DNA of 64,000 nt, from IMG/VR virus record IMGVR_UViG_3300027793_000052, positions 1 to 64,000 of that record; one strand, 5' to 3'. Made by a program: the position numbers and the translations under genes. Shown here piece after piece: positions 55,049 through 64,000 of the stretch (position 1 is the first letter of the stretch; every line of letters begins with the position of its first letter). The notes under the pieces were generated by a model. It was not told the DNA's origin, did not search any database, and saw only the letters and a list, made by a program, of their open reading frames with translations.

Positions 55049-56590
55049 ATGAATTCATTATATAAACTACTAGAAGAAACAGTACTACTAGAAGGTCGTA
55101 AAGAACAAGTTATGGCCAAATACCCTGATGTGGATAAAGAAGTTATAGAATTTATTTCACAAAATGACCCTTCAGGTAATAATAAATATTTAGATTGGGC
55201 TGTCAAACAAGTTAAAGAAGGTGGAGACAAAGCTGATGTGGTATATTTGGTAAACAAATATCACCAAAACTTAAGTCTGATAAACACTGACCTAATAAAA
55301 GATTATCTTGAAACTTATGACACACCTATTGAAGACAAATTAAAAAAATCAGCAAAAGATATTAATATATTTCCGGATCTTGATGAATTAAGGGTTTTTG
55401 CCGAATTTTTAGGAAGATACTCTGCCAAATCCAAAGAAGAAAAAGAAATAAAAAGTGAAGGTGATAAAGTTTTTGAAAATAAAGATTTAACTGTTGTATC
55501 ACCAAGAACTCACAGAGCTTCTTGTAAATATGGTGTACACAGTGCATGGTGTGTTGCTACAGCAAACACAAGTCATTTTGCTAATTATACAAAAGACGGT
55601 ACTTTATATTTCTTCATTAGTAGAAAAGATTACCCTTATACGGAATATTGGAAGGATAAAGACGGTGGTAACCCACCTTACAAAACAGCTTTATTATTGA
55701 AAGACAATGGTCAGGCTTCATGGTGGTCCAAGGGTGATAGTAATTACGCTAATGGTTTAGACACTAATGATCCTAAATTATCACCTTTTTTCACTGAAAA
55801 AATTAAAAATGCGGTATTAGCTCACAACAGAGACGCGATAAAAAATCGTAAACAAAGACAAATAGAAGATACTTTAAAAGCTAAAGGCTTTTATAAACCA
55901 GGTTATGGAGATAATAGTTTGAAGGACAATTTTGGTGGATTTGTTCAATCTGGGATTTATTCAAAAGAACAATTGGTTTCAATAATAAAAAATGATAATT
56001 GGTTGGCTTTATATGAGAACTCAAATACTGGTAAAATCGTTCGTGAACAATTAGGTGGTGAAACTGTGTTTGGTTTGATAATTGAAATGTTAAGTTCTTT
56101 GGGTGTAGAAGATGTTCGTACAAAACTTAAAGACATGGAGGCACAAGATTTTTTCAGATCGGCAGTAACAAAACTAAGTGATGATGAAAATCGTCAAATA
56201 GCAAAACTTATTATCCAAAAACTTGGTGCAAAACCAACATCAAAAGACGTTGGTAATGATATTAAAATTTATGTTGACAAATGGACATTATCACCTGAAG
56301 GTTGGCGTACATATAACACAACTTCTAACTATTTTGTGGTAGGTGATATTGTTGGTGAAACAATAAAACCAATTCAAATGATAAAAGTTGATAGATTTAA
56401 TCCAGCAGACCACAGTCAATTACAAGTTTCTTCTTGGGTAGCTAAAAACTCTAATTCTAAAATGTACGCTGTCACAACAGAAAAAGATTTATTAGACGAT
56501 TATATTGGTAAAAACGTAGAATTACCTCCAGCAATACAAAAACTAGTATCCCAAAAAGCTAGTCAGGTGTGGCCAAAGGTAGATAAATAA
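55049..56590 (+). CDS. DPSGNNKYL-family protein
   Basis: LEGRKEQV..DPSGNNKYLDW; PRTHRASCKYGVHSAWCV. Confidence 0.6.
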   Translation: MNSLYKLLEETVLLEGRKEQVMAKYPDVDKEVIEFISQNDPSGNNKYLDWAVKQVKEGGDKADVVYLVNKYHQNLSLINTDLIKDYLETYDTPIEDKLKKSAKDINIFPDLDELRVFAEFLGRYSAKSKEEKEIKSEGDKVFENKDLTVVSPRTHRASCKYGVHSAWCVATANTSHFANYTKDGTLYFFISRKDYPYTEYWKDKDGGNPPYKTALLLKDNGQASWWSKGDSNYANGLDTNDPKLSPFFTEKIKNAVLAHNRDAIKNRKQRQIEDTLKAKGFYKPGYGDNSLKDNFGGFVQSGIYSKEQLVSIIKNDNWLALYENSNTGKIVREQLGGETVFGLIIEMLSSLGVEDVRTKLKDMEAQDFFRSAVTKLSDDENRQIAKLIIQKLGAKPTSKDVGNDIKIYVDKWTLSPEGWRTYNTTSNYFVVGDIVGETIKPIQMIKVDRFNPADHSQLQVSSWVAKNSNSKMYAVTTEKDLLDDYIGKNVELPPAIQKLVSQKASQVWPKVDK

Positions 56591-56664
56591 TTGAGGGGGG
56601 TTGTAAAACCCCTTTTTTATTTTTATATTTGTTATAATTAAAAAATTAATATAACATTGTAAAA

Positions 56665-57150
56665 ATGAAAATTGTAGAAGTCATTCTGTTATTGTCTTTA
56701 TTACACGTTTTAATTTCGATGTTTTGTTGTATATCTACAATTGAGATTGGAAAAAAATGGTATGAAAAAATATATTTGTTAATACCAGGTCTTAATTTTA
56801 TTTGGACCTTATACACCTTAGATAGTGAAATTTCATTATTAAAATTGGACAAATCTTATTTTGAATTAAAGTCTCAAATACACCAAAGACAAATAGTAGA
56901 ATTACGTAATATCAACAAATCACCTAGAAAAATAAAGATTGGTGATGGTATTGTTTACCCAAATAACGAAACTGTAAAAAATGAGGTCAGAGGTAAAATT
57001 GGTGTCATAGTGGAAATAAATGATGAAGGTGTTGTAGCTGAGATAGTTGATAGTGATACATATTGGACTACAAGTTGGGATGTTATATACGGTGATAACA
57101 TTGTAATTATAGGTAATGATGTTTTAAAACCTTTTAAATTTGTAAATTAA
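56665..57150 (+). CDS. Membrane-anchored hypothetical protein
   Basis: N-terminal hydrophobic segments. Confidence 0.5.
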   Translation: MKIVEVILLLSLLHVLISMFCCISTIEIGKKWYEKIYLLIPGLNFIWTLYTLDSEISLLKLDKSYFELKSQIHQRQIVELRNINKSPRKIKIGDGIVYPNNETVKNEVRGKIGVIVEINDEGVVAEIVDSDTYWTTSWDVIYGDNIVIIGNDVLKPFKFVN

Positions 57151-57269
57151 ATGAACCCAAAAACAACTTTAAATCTTAAATTAACTTTTAAAATCATCAA
57201 AAAATTTTTAAAATTTGTTTGTAAACCTTTTTATTCTTATATTTGTAACCGTATAGAAAAAAGGAAGTC

Positions 57270-57692
57270 ATGGTGAACAGGAAAGTTAGGTTTAATTACG
57301 ATATATTAGAAGAATATAAGGCAGGTATTGTTTTAATAGGTTCTGAGGTTAAGTCTATTAAATCGGGTGATGTCAGTGTCGACGGGTCTTATTGCTTCTT
57401 CAAGGACGGTGAGTTGTTTATTAAAAATATGTACGTCAAACCATATGAAAGTTCAAGAAATGATTTAGACCCAAGACGTGATAGAAAATTACTTCTTAAA
57501 AAAAAAGAAATTAAAAAGTTACAAATAGCTCTTAGTGAAAAAGGTTTAACTATAATACCTTTGGCTTTAAAAAATGAAGGTAGAATAAAAGTTATAATTG
57601 GTGTTGGTAGAGGTAAAAAAATATACGATAAAAAAGAAACAATAAAAGAACGTGATATAAAAAAACAATTAAAGAAAAATTATGAAATTTAA
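57270..57692 (+). CDS. smpB: SsrA-binding protein SmpB
   Basis: NRKVRFNY..AGIVLIGSEVKSI, DPRRDRKLLL, GRGKKIYDKKETIKERD. Confidence 0.95.
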   Translation: MVNRKVRFNYDILEEYKAGIVLIGSEVKSIKSGDVSVDGSYCFFKDGELFIKNMYVKPYESSRNDLDPRRDRKLLLKKKEIKKLQIALSEKGLTIIPLALKNEGRIKVIIGVGRGKKIYDKKETIKERDIKKQLKKNYEI

Positions 57693-57990
57693 CTTTACCG
57701 AAAAAAAATCAAAAGTAATACCTTTAGAAATGGTACCTAACATCACTTCAGTCTATAGTGAAGAAAATGAAAATGGTGATTTTTATGATTTTAGTGATGG
57801 TGCTTATATATCTGATAATGAAAAACAAAAATGGATTGAAGAAGTTATTGATTACTTAAATGAAAATCCTGATGAGGCATACTGTAACATATCTTGTGGT
57901 GGTTCTATGGTTATAGGTCTTAGAAGTATTGATAGTATAGAAATAATTGTTATAAATTCTTATATGACAGCAACAATTGTAGAGGATTAA
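57682..57990 (+). CDS. Hypothetical protein
   Basis: ORF track. Confidence 0.45.
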   Translation: MKFNFTEKKSKVIPLEMVPNITSVYSEENENGDFYDFSDGAYISDNEKQKWIEEVIDYLNENPDEAYCNISCGGSMVIGLRSIDSIEIIVINSYMTATIVED

Positions 57991-58000
57991 AACTATTTAT

Positions 58001-58219
58001 ATGGAAAAAAGTAAAATGGAAAATTATAAAATTAAAGTTCAAATAACTTCTTTGGGTGATGATGTTGTTGGTGAATTTGAGGTCACAACCAAAGAATATG
58101 AAATGGTCAAAGAAACCACAGGTAGGGATTTGGTTAGTCAAGGAGTGGATTTGGTTTTAAATGATTTTAGAGAAATGAGAAAATCTAATCCACATCACCA
58201 CACAAATAGGTTAGATTGA
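58001..58219 (+). CDS. Hypothetical protein
   Basis: ORF track. Confidence 0.45.
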   Translation: MEKSKMENYKIKVQITSLGDDVVGEFEVTTKEYEMVKETTGRDLVSQGVDLVLNDFREMRKSNPHHHTNRLD

Positions 58220-58256
58220 AATTTATAAAAATTTTATTTACAATTAATAATAAAAA

Positions 58257-58478
58257 ATGTATACAATAAAATATGAAAAAGGTAATTTTTATCTTTACAT
58301 TGACAACCTTAAAATGTATAGGGTAAAATACGATGAAAGATTAATAAGTATGTTGGAGGGTACATACGACAATTCTTTTCCAATTAAAAAAGATATGGTT
58401 GAGTTGAATACATTTGCTTTTGGTGATAAAAATTGGTTTGGTACGGAAAAAAGAGAAACACTTTATATATTAAAATAA
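58257..58478 (+). CDS. Hypothetical protein
   Basis: ORF track. Confidence 0.4.
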   Translation: MYTIKYEKGNFYLYIDNLKMYRVKYDERLISMLEGTYDNSFPIKKDMVELNTFAFGDKNWFGTEKRETLYILK

Positions 58479-58780
58479 TGGAAAAACAAGTTGAAATCAG
58501 GTTGAAAAAATCTACAAGAAAAAAAGCCAAATGGGTGGTTATTTTTTTAAACAGTTTATTGACCATAGTTGGTGCATTCACTGGTAGTGTAGCATTACTA
58601 GTATTACCCGCGTTATTATTTTGGGTGTACGTTTTGTTAGATAAATTTAACCCACTAACAAAAAATACTGATATCAGTAAGATAGTAAGAAAAGATGTAA
58701 AAGTTAAAAACAAAAAAACAAAGCTGGTTGAAACAAAAGAAAATAATTTTTATGATAATTCACACGAAAGTGGGTATTAA
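58478..58780 (+). CDS. Membrane protein
   Basis: Two TM segments. Confidence 0.5.
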   Translation: MEKQVEIRLKKSTRKKAKWVVIFLNSLLTIVGAFTGSVALLVLPALLFWVYVLLDKFNPLTKNTDISKIVRKDVKVKNKKTKLVETKENNFYDNSHESGY

Positions 58781-58796
58781 TTAGTATATTTGTGAT

Positions 58797-59429
58797 ATGA
58801 AATTAAGTATAACAAACAAATTTATCAAATCATTTGCTGAAATGATTAATCGTCAAACAGTTTTATGGAAAACTTGGGATTTTTTACGTTATGAAATGCC
58901 AAACTTTTTCAAAAACGTTTGGTTATTTAGAAAAGCATTATTCCAATATCGTTGGTATGGATATAATGGTGTTCTTATGTTTATGGAAACATCAATTGGT
59001 GACATGGCAAAAAACATAGACATAAAAGGTAATGAAGTTGATAGTTCCAGAAAGAAAAAAGTGGACAAAATGATTACCGCTCAATATATTTTAGATAGAT
59101 TTATCAAAGATGATTTTGTTGAGTTGGCAGAAAAAGAATTAGGGGTTTTACCTGATAGACCTTTACAATTTAAACCTTGTGAAGATAGACCTGGTTATTA
59201 CGAAATGGTTGATGATGATACTCCTGAAGAAAAAGAACTTAGAAAAAAAGTTTATGAAAGGTCACGTCAAATTGAAAAACAAATGTGGGAACAACTATGG
59301 GAAATTTTTAAAGGACAGGATTTTGATAAGTTTAAAGATGCACCCGAAAATATCACCGATTGGGATGAACAATACAAATATTGGGATGAACAATTTGATG
59401 GTTCTGGTCTAAAAGGATGGTGGGATTAA
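58797..59429 (+). CDS. Conserved phage hypothetical protein
   Basis: Ends FDGSGLKGWWD. Confidence 0.55.
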   Translation: MKLSITNKFIKSFAEMINRQTVLWKTWDFLRYEMPNFFKNVWLFRKALFQYRWYGYNGVLMFMETSIGDMAKNIDIKGNEVDSSRKKKVDKMITAQYILDRFIKDDFVELAEKELGVLPDRPLQFKPCEDRPGYYEMVDDDTPEEKELRKKVYERSRQIEKQMWEQLWEIFKGQDFDKFKDAPENITDWDEQYKYWDEQFDGSGLKGWWD

Positions 59430-59477
59430 TGGTGATTTTTATCACCATTAATTTTTTAAAATTTTTAATTTTGTGAT

Positions 59478-60020
59478 ATGAAAAAATTATTATTATCTTT
59501 ATTATTACCCCTGAATTTATTCGCCACTGATTTTGTATATTTAGTCGGACAAGAATGGCCCAATAATAATATATCCGGAAATTACAGTTCAGATACAGTT
59601 CAGATAAGTGTTACAAATTTTGACAAATTAATTGTACGTAATGTCGCCACGTATGGTATTGGGTGTAGTATAAATGGGTTTATAGTAGATGGTATGGCAC
59701 AGTCAGAGGCAAGATTATTTGATTTTACTAATGATAACCTAAGTGACACCAAACAATTTGTATTTTTTGATGGTAATAATGTATTTGTTGTAAACGTATT
59801 AATTATTGACGTTATTACAAACGTTAGATATGTAAGATTATTTAACCATCCAAACTTTAAGTCAGAACTACAAAACTCAAATGTATATGTCGTTGATATA
59901 TTTGGTAATATTATCTACATGGGTGATGGAAATAAATTAGATATCATCAACATATCTGACTATGGTATTGGTATGTATATATTGATGATTAACAATAAAA
60001 AAATTAAAATTATAAAATAA
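59478..60020 (+). CDS. Secreted protein with T9SS type-A-like CTD
   Basis: Signal peptide; VYVVDIFGNII..ISDYGIGMYILMI..KIKIIK. Confidence 0.55.
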   Translation: MKKLLLSLLLPLNLFATDFVYLVGQEWPNNNISGNYSSDTVQISVTNFDKLIVRNVATYGIGCSINGFIVDGMAQSEARLFDFTNDNLSDTKQFVFFDGNNVFVVNVLIIDVITNVRYVRLFNHPNFKSELQNSNVYVVDIFGNIIYMGDGNKLDIINISDYGIGMYILMINNKKIKIIK

Positions 60021-60102
60021 CGGTTGATGATAAACAATCGTTTTAATGTTGTTTATCATTTGTTATATTCAGTTTTTATTAGTATATTTGTAAAAAAATA
60101 AA

Positions 60103-60402
60103 ATGATTAAAGAAATTAAAAAATGGGTATTGTTTAATATTTTGAAAGGTAAAGCACATCTTTTAAGATTCAAACATTTTTTAAAAACAGGAAGAGACAT
60201 TGAAATGTTACCACCACCACAAAAAGATTATGCTAGAGCTTATTTTTTTGAAATAGAAAATGGTGATTATGTTTTAAAACATCATGAAATTCCGTCAAAT
60301 TTCATAGAAAAGTTCCACGAAGACTTCAATAACAAAAATGGTAAGTTAATGGGTTTAACAAGGGAACAAGTGGTTAGATGGGTTGTAGAAAATAAAAATT
60401 GA
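60103..60402 (+). CDS. Cassette ORF 1, hypothetical
   Basis: Bounded by GTTATATTC (60062) and GAATATAAC (60401). Confidence 0.55.
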   Translation: MIKEIKKWVLFNILKGKAHLLRFKHFLKTGRDIEMLPPPQKDYARAYFFEIENGDYVLKHHEIPSNFIEKFHEDFNNKNGKLMGLTREQVVRWVVENKN

Positions 60403-60459
60403 ATATAACGATACTCAGATATATTTCAGGTTTCTGATATTTATATATAAAACAAAATT

Positions 60460-60708
60460 ATGAGCAAAGAAATGAGAAAATACATAGACACTTTCAAACA
60501 GAGACTAACTGAATCAGAAAACTTGAATATATCTGATGTTAGTGATAGTGAGTTATTCACTTTACAAGATATAAAAGACGCTATTACAATAGCGTTCAGA
60601 TGGGGAAAACCTATTGGTTGGGGCGAAGGTCCTGAAAAATTTGATGAGGAGGAAAAGAATGTCTTTAACGAGATTATCAAGGAATTAAGAATTAGGAAAA
60701 GTGAATAA
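60460..60708 (+). CDS. Cassette ORF 2, hypothetical; start lies inside the attC-like site
   Basis: GTTAGTGATA (60538) with TATCACTAAC (60715). Confidence 0.5.
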   Translation: MSKEMRKYIDTFKQRLTESENLNISDVSDSELFTLQDIKDAITIAFRWGKPIGWGEGPEKFDEEEKNVFNEIIKELRIRKSE

Positions 60709-60962
60709 ACTAATTATCACTAACGTTTGCAAATATGAGAAGTAAATTTTTCCTCTAAGATTTGGTAATCTAAAATTTATTTCTTATATTTGTTGTTATA
60801 AGTAGTGTGTGGGTGATTAACCCCGCATCGGAAGATTAACTAATAGTGGTGAAAATCCACAGCGGGGTCAATGTCATCTACACACATTACTTATAACGGT
60901 TTCGGGCTTTGCGTTCGGCAGGGCTTATGGAAACGGATTTATCAACTTAAAAATAAATAACA

Positions 60963-61250
60963 ATGGAAAACGAAAACTTAAATTTGAACGAAACCCCTGC
61001 TGACGCAAAACCCGTGTTAGGCGATGTTTTCCCTTCGGGTGGAATTGACCTTGTTGGGTACAATGTAGAATATTGGGTAAGAAGTCCAAAAGCAACTTTT
61101 TTAGCTAAAGGCTTAATTGTGTCTTACAGCAAAAAGGGCAAACATGGGAAAGGGTCTTATTCGGGTGGTGTTTATGTAATTAGATGCGGTAAAAGGACGT
61201 TTTCAAAGAGAAGATGTGAATTTACGGTGGTGTCTAAAAATATCGCCTAA
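60963..61250 (+). CDS. Cassette ORF 4, hypothetical; start lies inside the attC-like site
   Basis: GTTAGGCGAT (61016) with ATCGCCTAAC (61242). Confidence 0.5.
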   Translation: MENENLNLNETPADAKPVLGDVFPSGGIDLVGYNVEYWVRSPKATFLAKGLIVSYSKKGKHGKGSYSGGVYVIRCGKRTFSKRRCEFTVVSKNIA

Positions 61251-61297
61251 CTATTATATATAAACAAGTATAGGTTAAACCATTTAAAATCAATTAA

Positions 61298-62099
61298 ATG
61301 AACCAAAAAATTATAAAGATTTGCGAAGAAAAGTTTATATACTTAAATTACTCTCCTCGAACAAAAGATAATTATTTAAGTCACATTAAAGACTTCCTAA
61401 AATCTCTGGGAGATAAACAAGTCATTCATTGTAATTCAAAAGATTTCCAATCTTACTTAGATAACTACAAATTTACCTCTATTTCACAACAAAACCAAGT
61501 TATTAACTCAATCAGATTTCTCTACAAATTCGGTCTAAATAAGAAATACGATAAAGTATCTTTCAAACGACCCAAGTCAGAAAAGAAGTTACCAAAAGTA
61601 ATTGATAATGATTACATTATAGAGTGTCTATCGAAGATAAATAATTTGAAGCATAAATCAATATTATCTTTGTCGTATTCGGTTGGTTTGAGGGTTTTCA
61701 GAAGTTGTTAATCTTAAGATAGAAGACATTGATTCTAAAAGAATGATAATCCATATCAAAAACGCTAAAGGTAGAAAAGATAGGGTAGTCCCCCTTTCTC
61801 AGAACATCTTAGAATTATTAAGAAGTTATTACAAAGAGTTTAGGCCAATTGATTTTTTATTTAATGGTCAAAATAACTTAAAATATAGTACTGGCAGTTG
61901 TAACCAAATTGTTAAAAAATACTTAGGTGAAAAATATCACATTCACCAATTAAGACATAGTTGTGCAACAAACCTATTGGAGAATGGTACAGACCTAAAA
62001 TTAATTCAAAAAATATTAGGTCATTATTCAGTTAAAACTACAGAAATATATACACATGTCTCAAATCAATTATTGTCAAAGGTAAATCTTCCTATTTAA
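61298..62099 (+). pseudogene. Tyrosine recombinase (IntI/XerD-like) split by a 1-nt frameshift
   Basis: YSVGLRV then, after an extra T at about 61694-61697, SEVVNLKIEDID..KGRKDR..HQLRHSCAT..LGHYSVKTTEIYTHV. Confidence 0.85.
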
Positions 62100-62135
62100 T
62101 TTTGCCACCAAATAGATAATCACTATATTTGTTAT

Positions 62136-62384
62136 ATGAAAAATACATTATTAGTTTTATTAGGTTTATTTCTGATGTCAACCACGGTTGTGACTGTAAA
62201 TAAAATGTCAGACAGAAGTAAGGAACAAAAGGTTATTCTAGGAAGAAATCTTAACCAATTAAAGGTTGAAATACAAGATAACTTTAAATTAGGTTATCGT
62301 GTTGTGGCTATGGTTAATCAAAACCAAGACACTTATAGCAATTCATCACCAAACGATGAGATAATGGTTGTAATGGAAAAATAA
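62136..62384 (+). CDS. Secreted small protein
   Basis: Signal peptide. Confidence 0.45.
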   Translation: MKNTLLVLLGLFLMSTTVVTVNKMSDRSKEQKVILGRNLNQLKVEIQDNFKLGYRVVAMVNQNQDTYSNSSPNDEIMVVMEK

Positions 62385-62389
62385 TTATC

Positions 62390-62701
62390 ATGTCAACAAA
62401 ATTCAAATTCAATAACGGTAATATGGCATTAGTATGTTCTTCTTGTGGGAGGATACTAAAAACAGGCGGTGAGTTTACAGAACAAGAATGGAGGTGTTTA
62501 AACGGTGAGGTAGATTTAGGTGATAAGTATTGTTCTGATTGTGAAGATAATGTTAAACCTGAAGATAAAACTGGTGATAACATGATGTCAAATTTAGAAC
62601 ATATAAAAAATATTTTACCACATATTAGGAATGATGAAAATTTTCAGTTAAATTTGTTAAATAGTTTAATGAAAAAAATCAAAAATGATAAACAATCGTA
62701 A
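62390..62701 (+). CDS. Zn-ribbon hypothetical protein
   Basis: CSSC...CSDC. Confidence 0.5.
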   Translation: MSTKFKFNNGNMALVCSSCGRILKTGGEFTEQEWRCLNGEVDLGDKYCSDCEDNVKPEDKTGDNMMSNLEHIKNILPHIRNDENFQLNLLNSLMKKIKNDKQS

Positions 62702-63098
62702 ATTTAAAACAAACTTATTAATAACAATTTTTAATTTCTTATTTGGAATAAGTTTGTTTGGTCAAAATAGTTATGTTGTACTAAAATATAGTAATATTAA
62801 AATAGTAACTCCTACCGATACAACAATACACAAGATACAAAATTATTTTTATTTTAACGAATGTTCTTTTGTTATATCTTCACAATCAACAAGGGTTTAT
62901 GATATTCTAATACCTTCTGTAAATGAATTTGATGTTACAGGTGTTAGGGTATTACAAGATACTGGTGTGAAGTTGGAGGATGGTGGTGTGATTTATGAGG
63001 CACCAATGCATAAGAGACAAGTTGCAGTTTATTTTAGTGAAGGTTTAACCGAATTAAAAATAATGAGAAAAGATAAAACAGGTGTTATATTTTATTAA
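62685..63098 (+). CDS. Secreted hypothetical protein
   Basis: Hydrophobic N-terminus. Confidence 0.45.
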   Translation: MINNRKFKTNLLITIFNFLFGISLFGQNSYVVLKYSNIKIVTPTDTTIHKIQNYFYFNECSFVISSQSTRVYDILIPSVNEFDVTGVRVLQDTGVKLEDGGVIYEAPMHKRQVAVYFSEGLTELKIMRKDKTGVIFY

Positions 63099-63100
63099 TT

Positions 63101-63370
63101 ATGACGTTAGAGGCACAATACAAAGAATTTAAAACAAAAAACCCAGATTCTGCTTTGACATTTGAAGAATGGTATGAAAGTAAGTTTTACAGGATTAATG
63201 AATTAATTGTTGAAAAATTAAAAGAGAAAAAACATGGTTTTAACATAGAACATATGTATCATTTTTTTTGTGGTGATTGTAAAGAATTATGGTCATTAAG
63301 TGAGTATAAACCAAGTAAAGATAAAATGTTAACTTGTCCACATTGTGGGTTTAAATCAAATATTATTTAA
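63101..63370 (+). CDS. Zn-ribbon hypothetical protein
   Basis: CGDC...CPHC. Confidence 0.5.
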   Translation: MTLEAQYKEFKTKNPDSALTFEEWYESKFYRINELIVEKLKEKKHGFNIEHMYHFFCGDCKELWSLSEYKPSKDKMLTCPHCGFKSNII

Positions 63371-63520
63371 ATTTATGAAAGAAGTTATTGGAAAATCAAA
63401 GGTTAGTACTGCCTTAATATTAATGGGACCTATAGCTAAGGGATATAATCTTAGACTTAATCGTGTCAAAGAATTTAAAAAGGTACGTGAAATTGTGGAA
63501 AGTAAGTATAAAATCATAAA

Positions 63521-63808
63521 ATGGAATTAAAAAAGAATATATTACCTATAATTTTTAAGACCAAAGTTGGTGAGTTATACAAACCAATAGATAATTCTTG
63601 GGCTTATTGTTTAGATGATGGTTATAATCACTTTTTGGCCGGTACAGGATTTCCTAATGATGAACCACCACAAACTGTTATTATAGTTAAAGGTCCTTAT
63701 TATTTAAAAAAGAAATGGATAGGCGATGTAATTTATGATTTAAAATTTGTTACAGTTAAATGTCAAAAAGGATTATTACACGAAGTATTATATCATGGAG
63801 AAGATTAG
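63521..63808 (+). CDS. Hypothetical protein
   Basis: ORF track. Confidence 0.4.
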   Translation: MELKKNILPIIFKTKVGELYKPIDNSWAYCLDDGYNHFLAGTGFPNDEPPQTVIIVKGPYYLKKKWIGDVIYDLKFVTVKCQKGLLHEVLYHGED

Positions 63809-64000
63809 AAAAGGTGATTATGTTTTTATCACAGACGGACAAACTTGGATATCAAAAAACTTATTCGATAGAAAATTTTTATGTATGAAACCCAATAAGT
63901 TTTATAGGGTTCTAGGTTTGAATGATAAATCTGTTTTTTTAACTTGTGAACCAAATGCGGGTAAATTCACTAGAATTAAACTAGAAAGTCCAATACTTGA
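63795..64000 (+). CDS. Hypothetical protein, 3'-truncated by window edge
   Basis: ATG at 63795; frame open to the end of the window. Confidence 0.35.
   Translation, partial: MEKIRKGDYVFITDGQTWISKNLFDRKFLCMKPNKFYRVLGLNDKSVFLTCEPNAGKFTRIKLESPIL

Larger units (their letters stand above)
60014..61280 (+). mobile_element. Integron-like cassette array with four attC-like imperfect inverted repeats
   Basis: TAAC...GTT-bounded palindromes at 60014-60068, 60403-60544, 60718-60801, 60891-61022; each cassette's two ends are mutually complementary. Confidence 0.7.

Noticed and set aside
210-63530. Many short antisense or nested ORFs in the track (e.g. 210-455, 431-940, 4027-4239, 10406-10606, 45122-45382)
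   Set aside because: Shadow ORFs opposite well-supported genes
1-64000. Genome-wide stop-codon reassignment suggested by the release-factor stops
   Set aside because: Other recognisable genes are intact in code 11 and end at TAA, TGA or TAG; no suppressor tRNA (CUA/UCA) found in the window

Overview
AT-rich window from what looks like a very large (jumbo/huge) tailed phage of Bacteroidota. Support: TAnnTTTG Bacteroidota-type promoter elements, T9SS-type and lipoprotein cargo, T4-like capsid and tail-tube paralogs, and free-standing homing endonucleases. It is dominated by translation and RNA-repair functions: 27 recognisable tRNAs covering all 20 amino acids, several tRNA-like RNAs, tmRNA plus SmpB, IF3, bS21, an RF1-like release factor, Ro60 with candidate Y-like RNAs, and several phosphoesterases. 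The strongest candidates for undescribed systems are: (1) four tRNA operons, each preceded by a promoter, a ~30-codon leader peptide and an antiterminator/terminator, where the leader codons match the amino acids of the downstream tRNAs; (2) two CRISPR-like 36-nt repeat/30-31-nt spacer mini-arrays fused in frame to the 3' ends of paralogous ORFs, with no cas gene in the window; (3) a release factor gene interrupted by in-frame UGA and UAG; (4) an integron-like array of attC-like sites and cassettes next to a frameshifted tyrosine recombinase; (5) a family of late-promoter genes sharing an MKNLIKKILKE-type leader and internal (I/L)xE-EEDFGW module junctions. All calls were made by eye, and no database searches were run.
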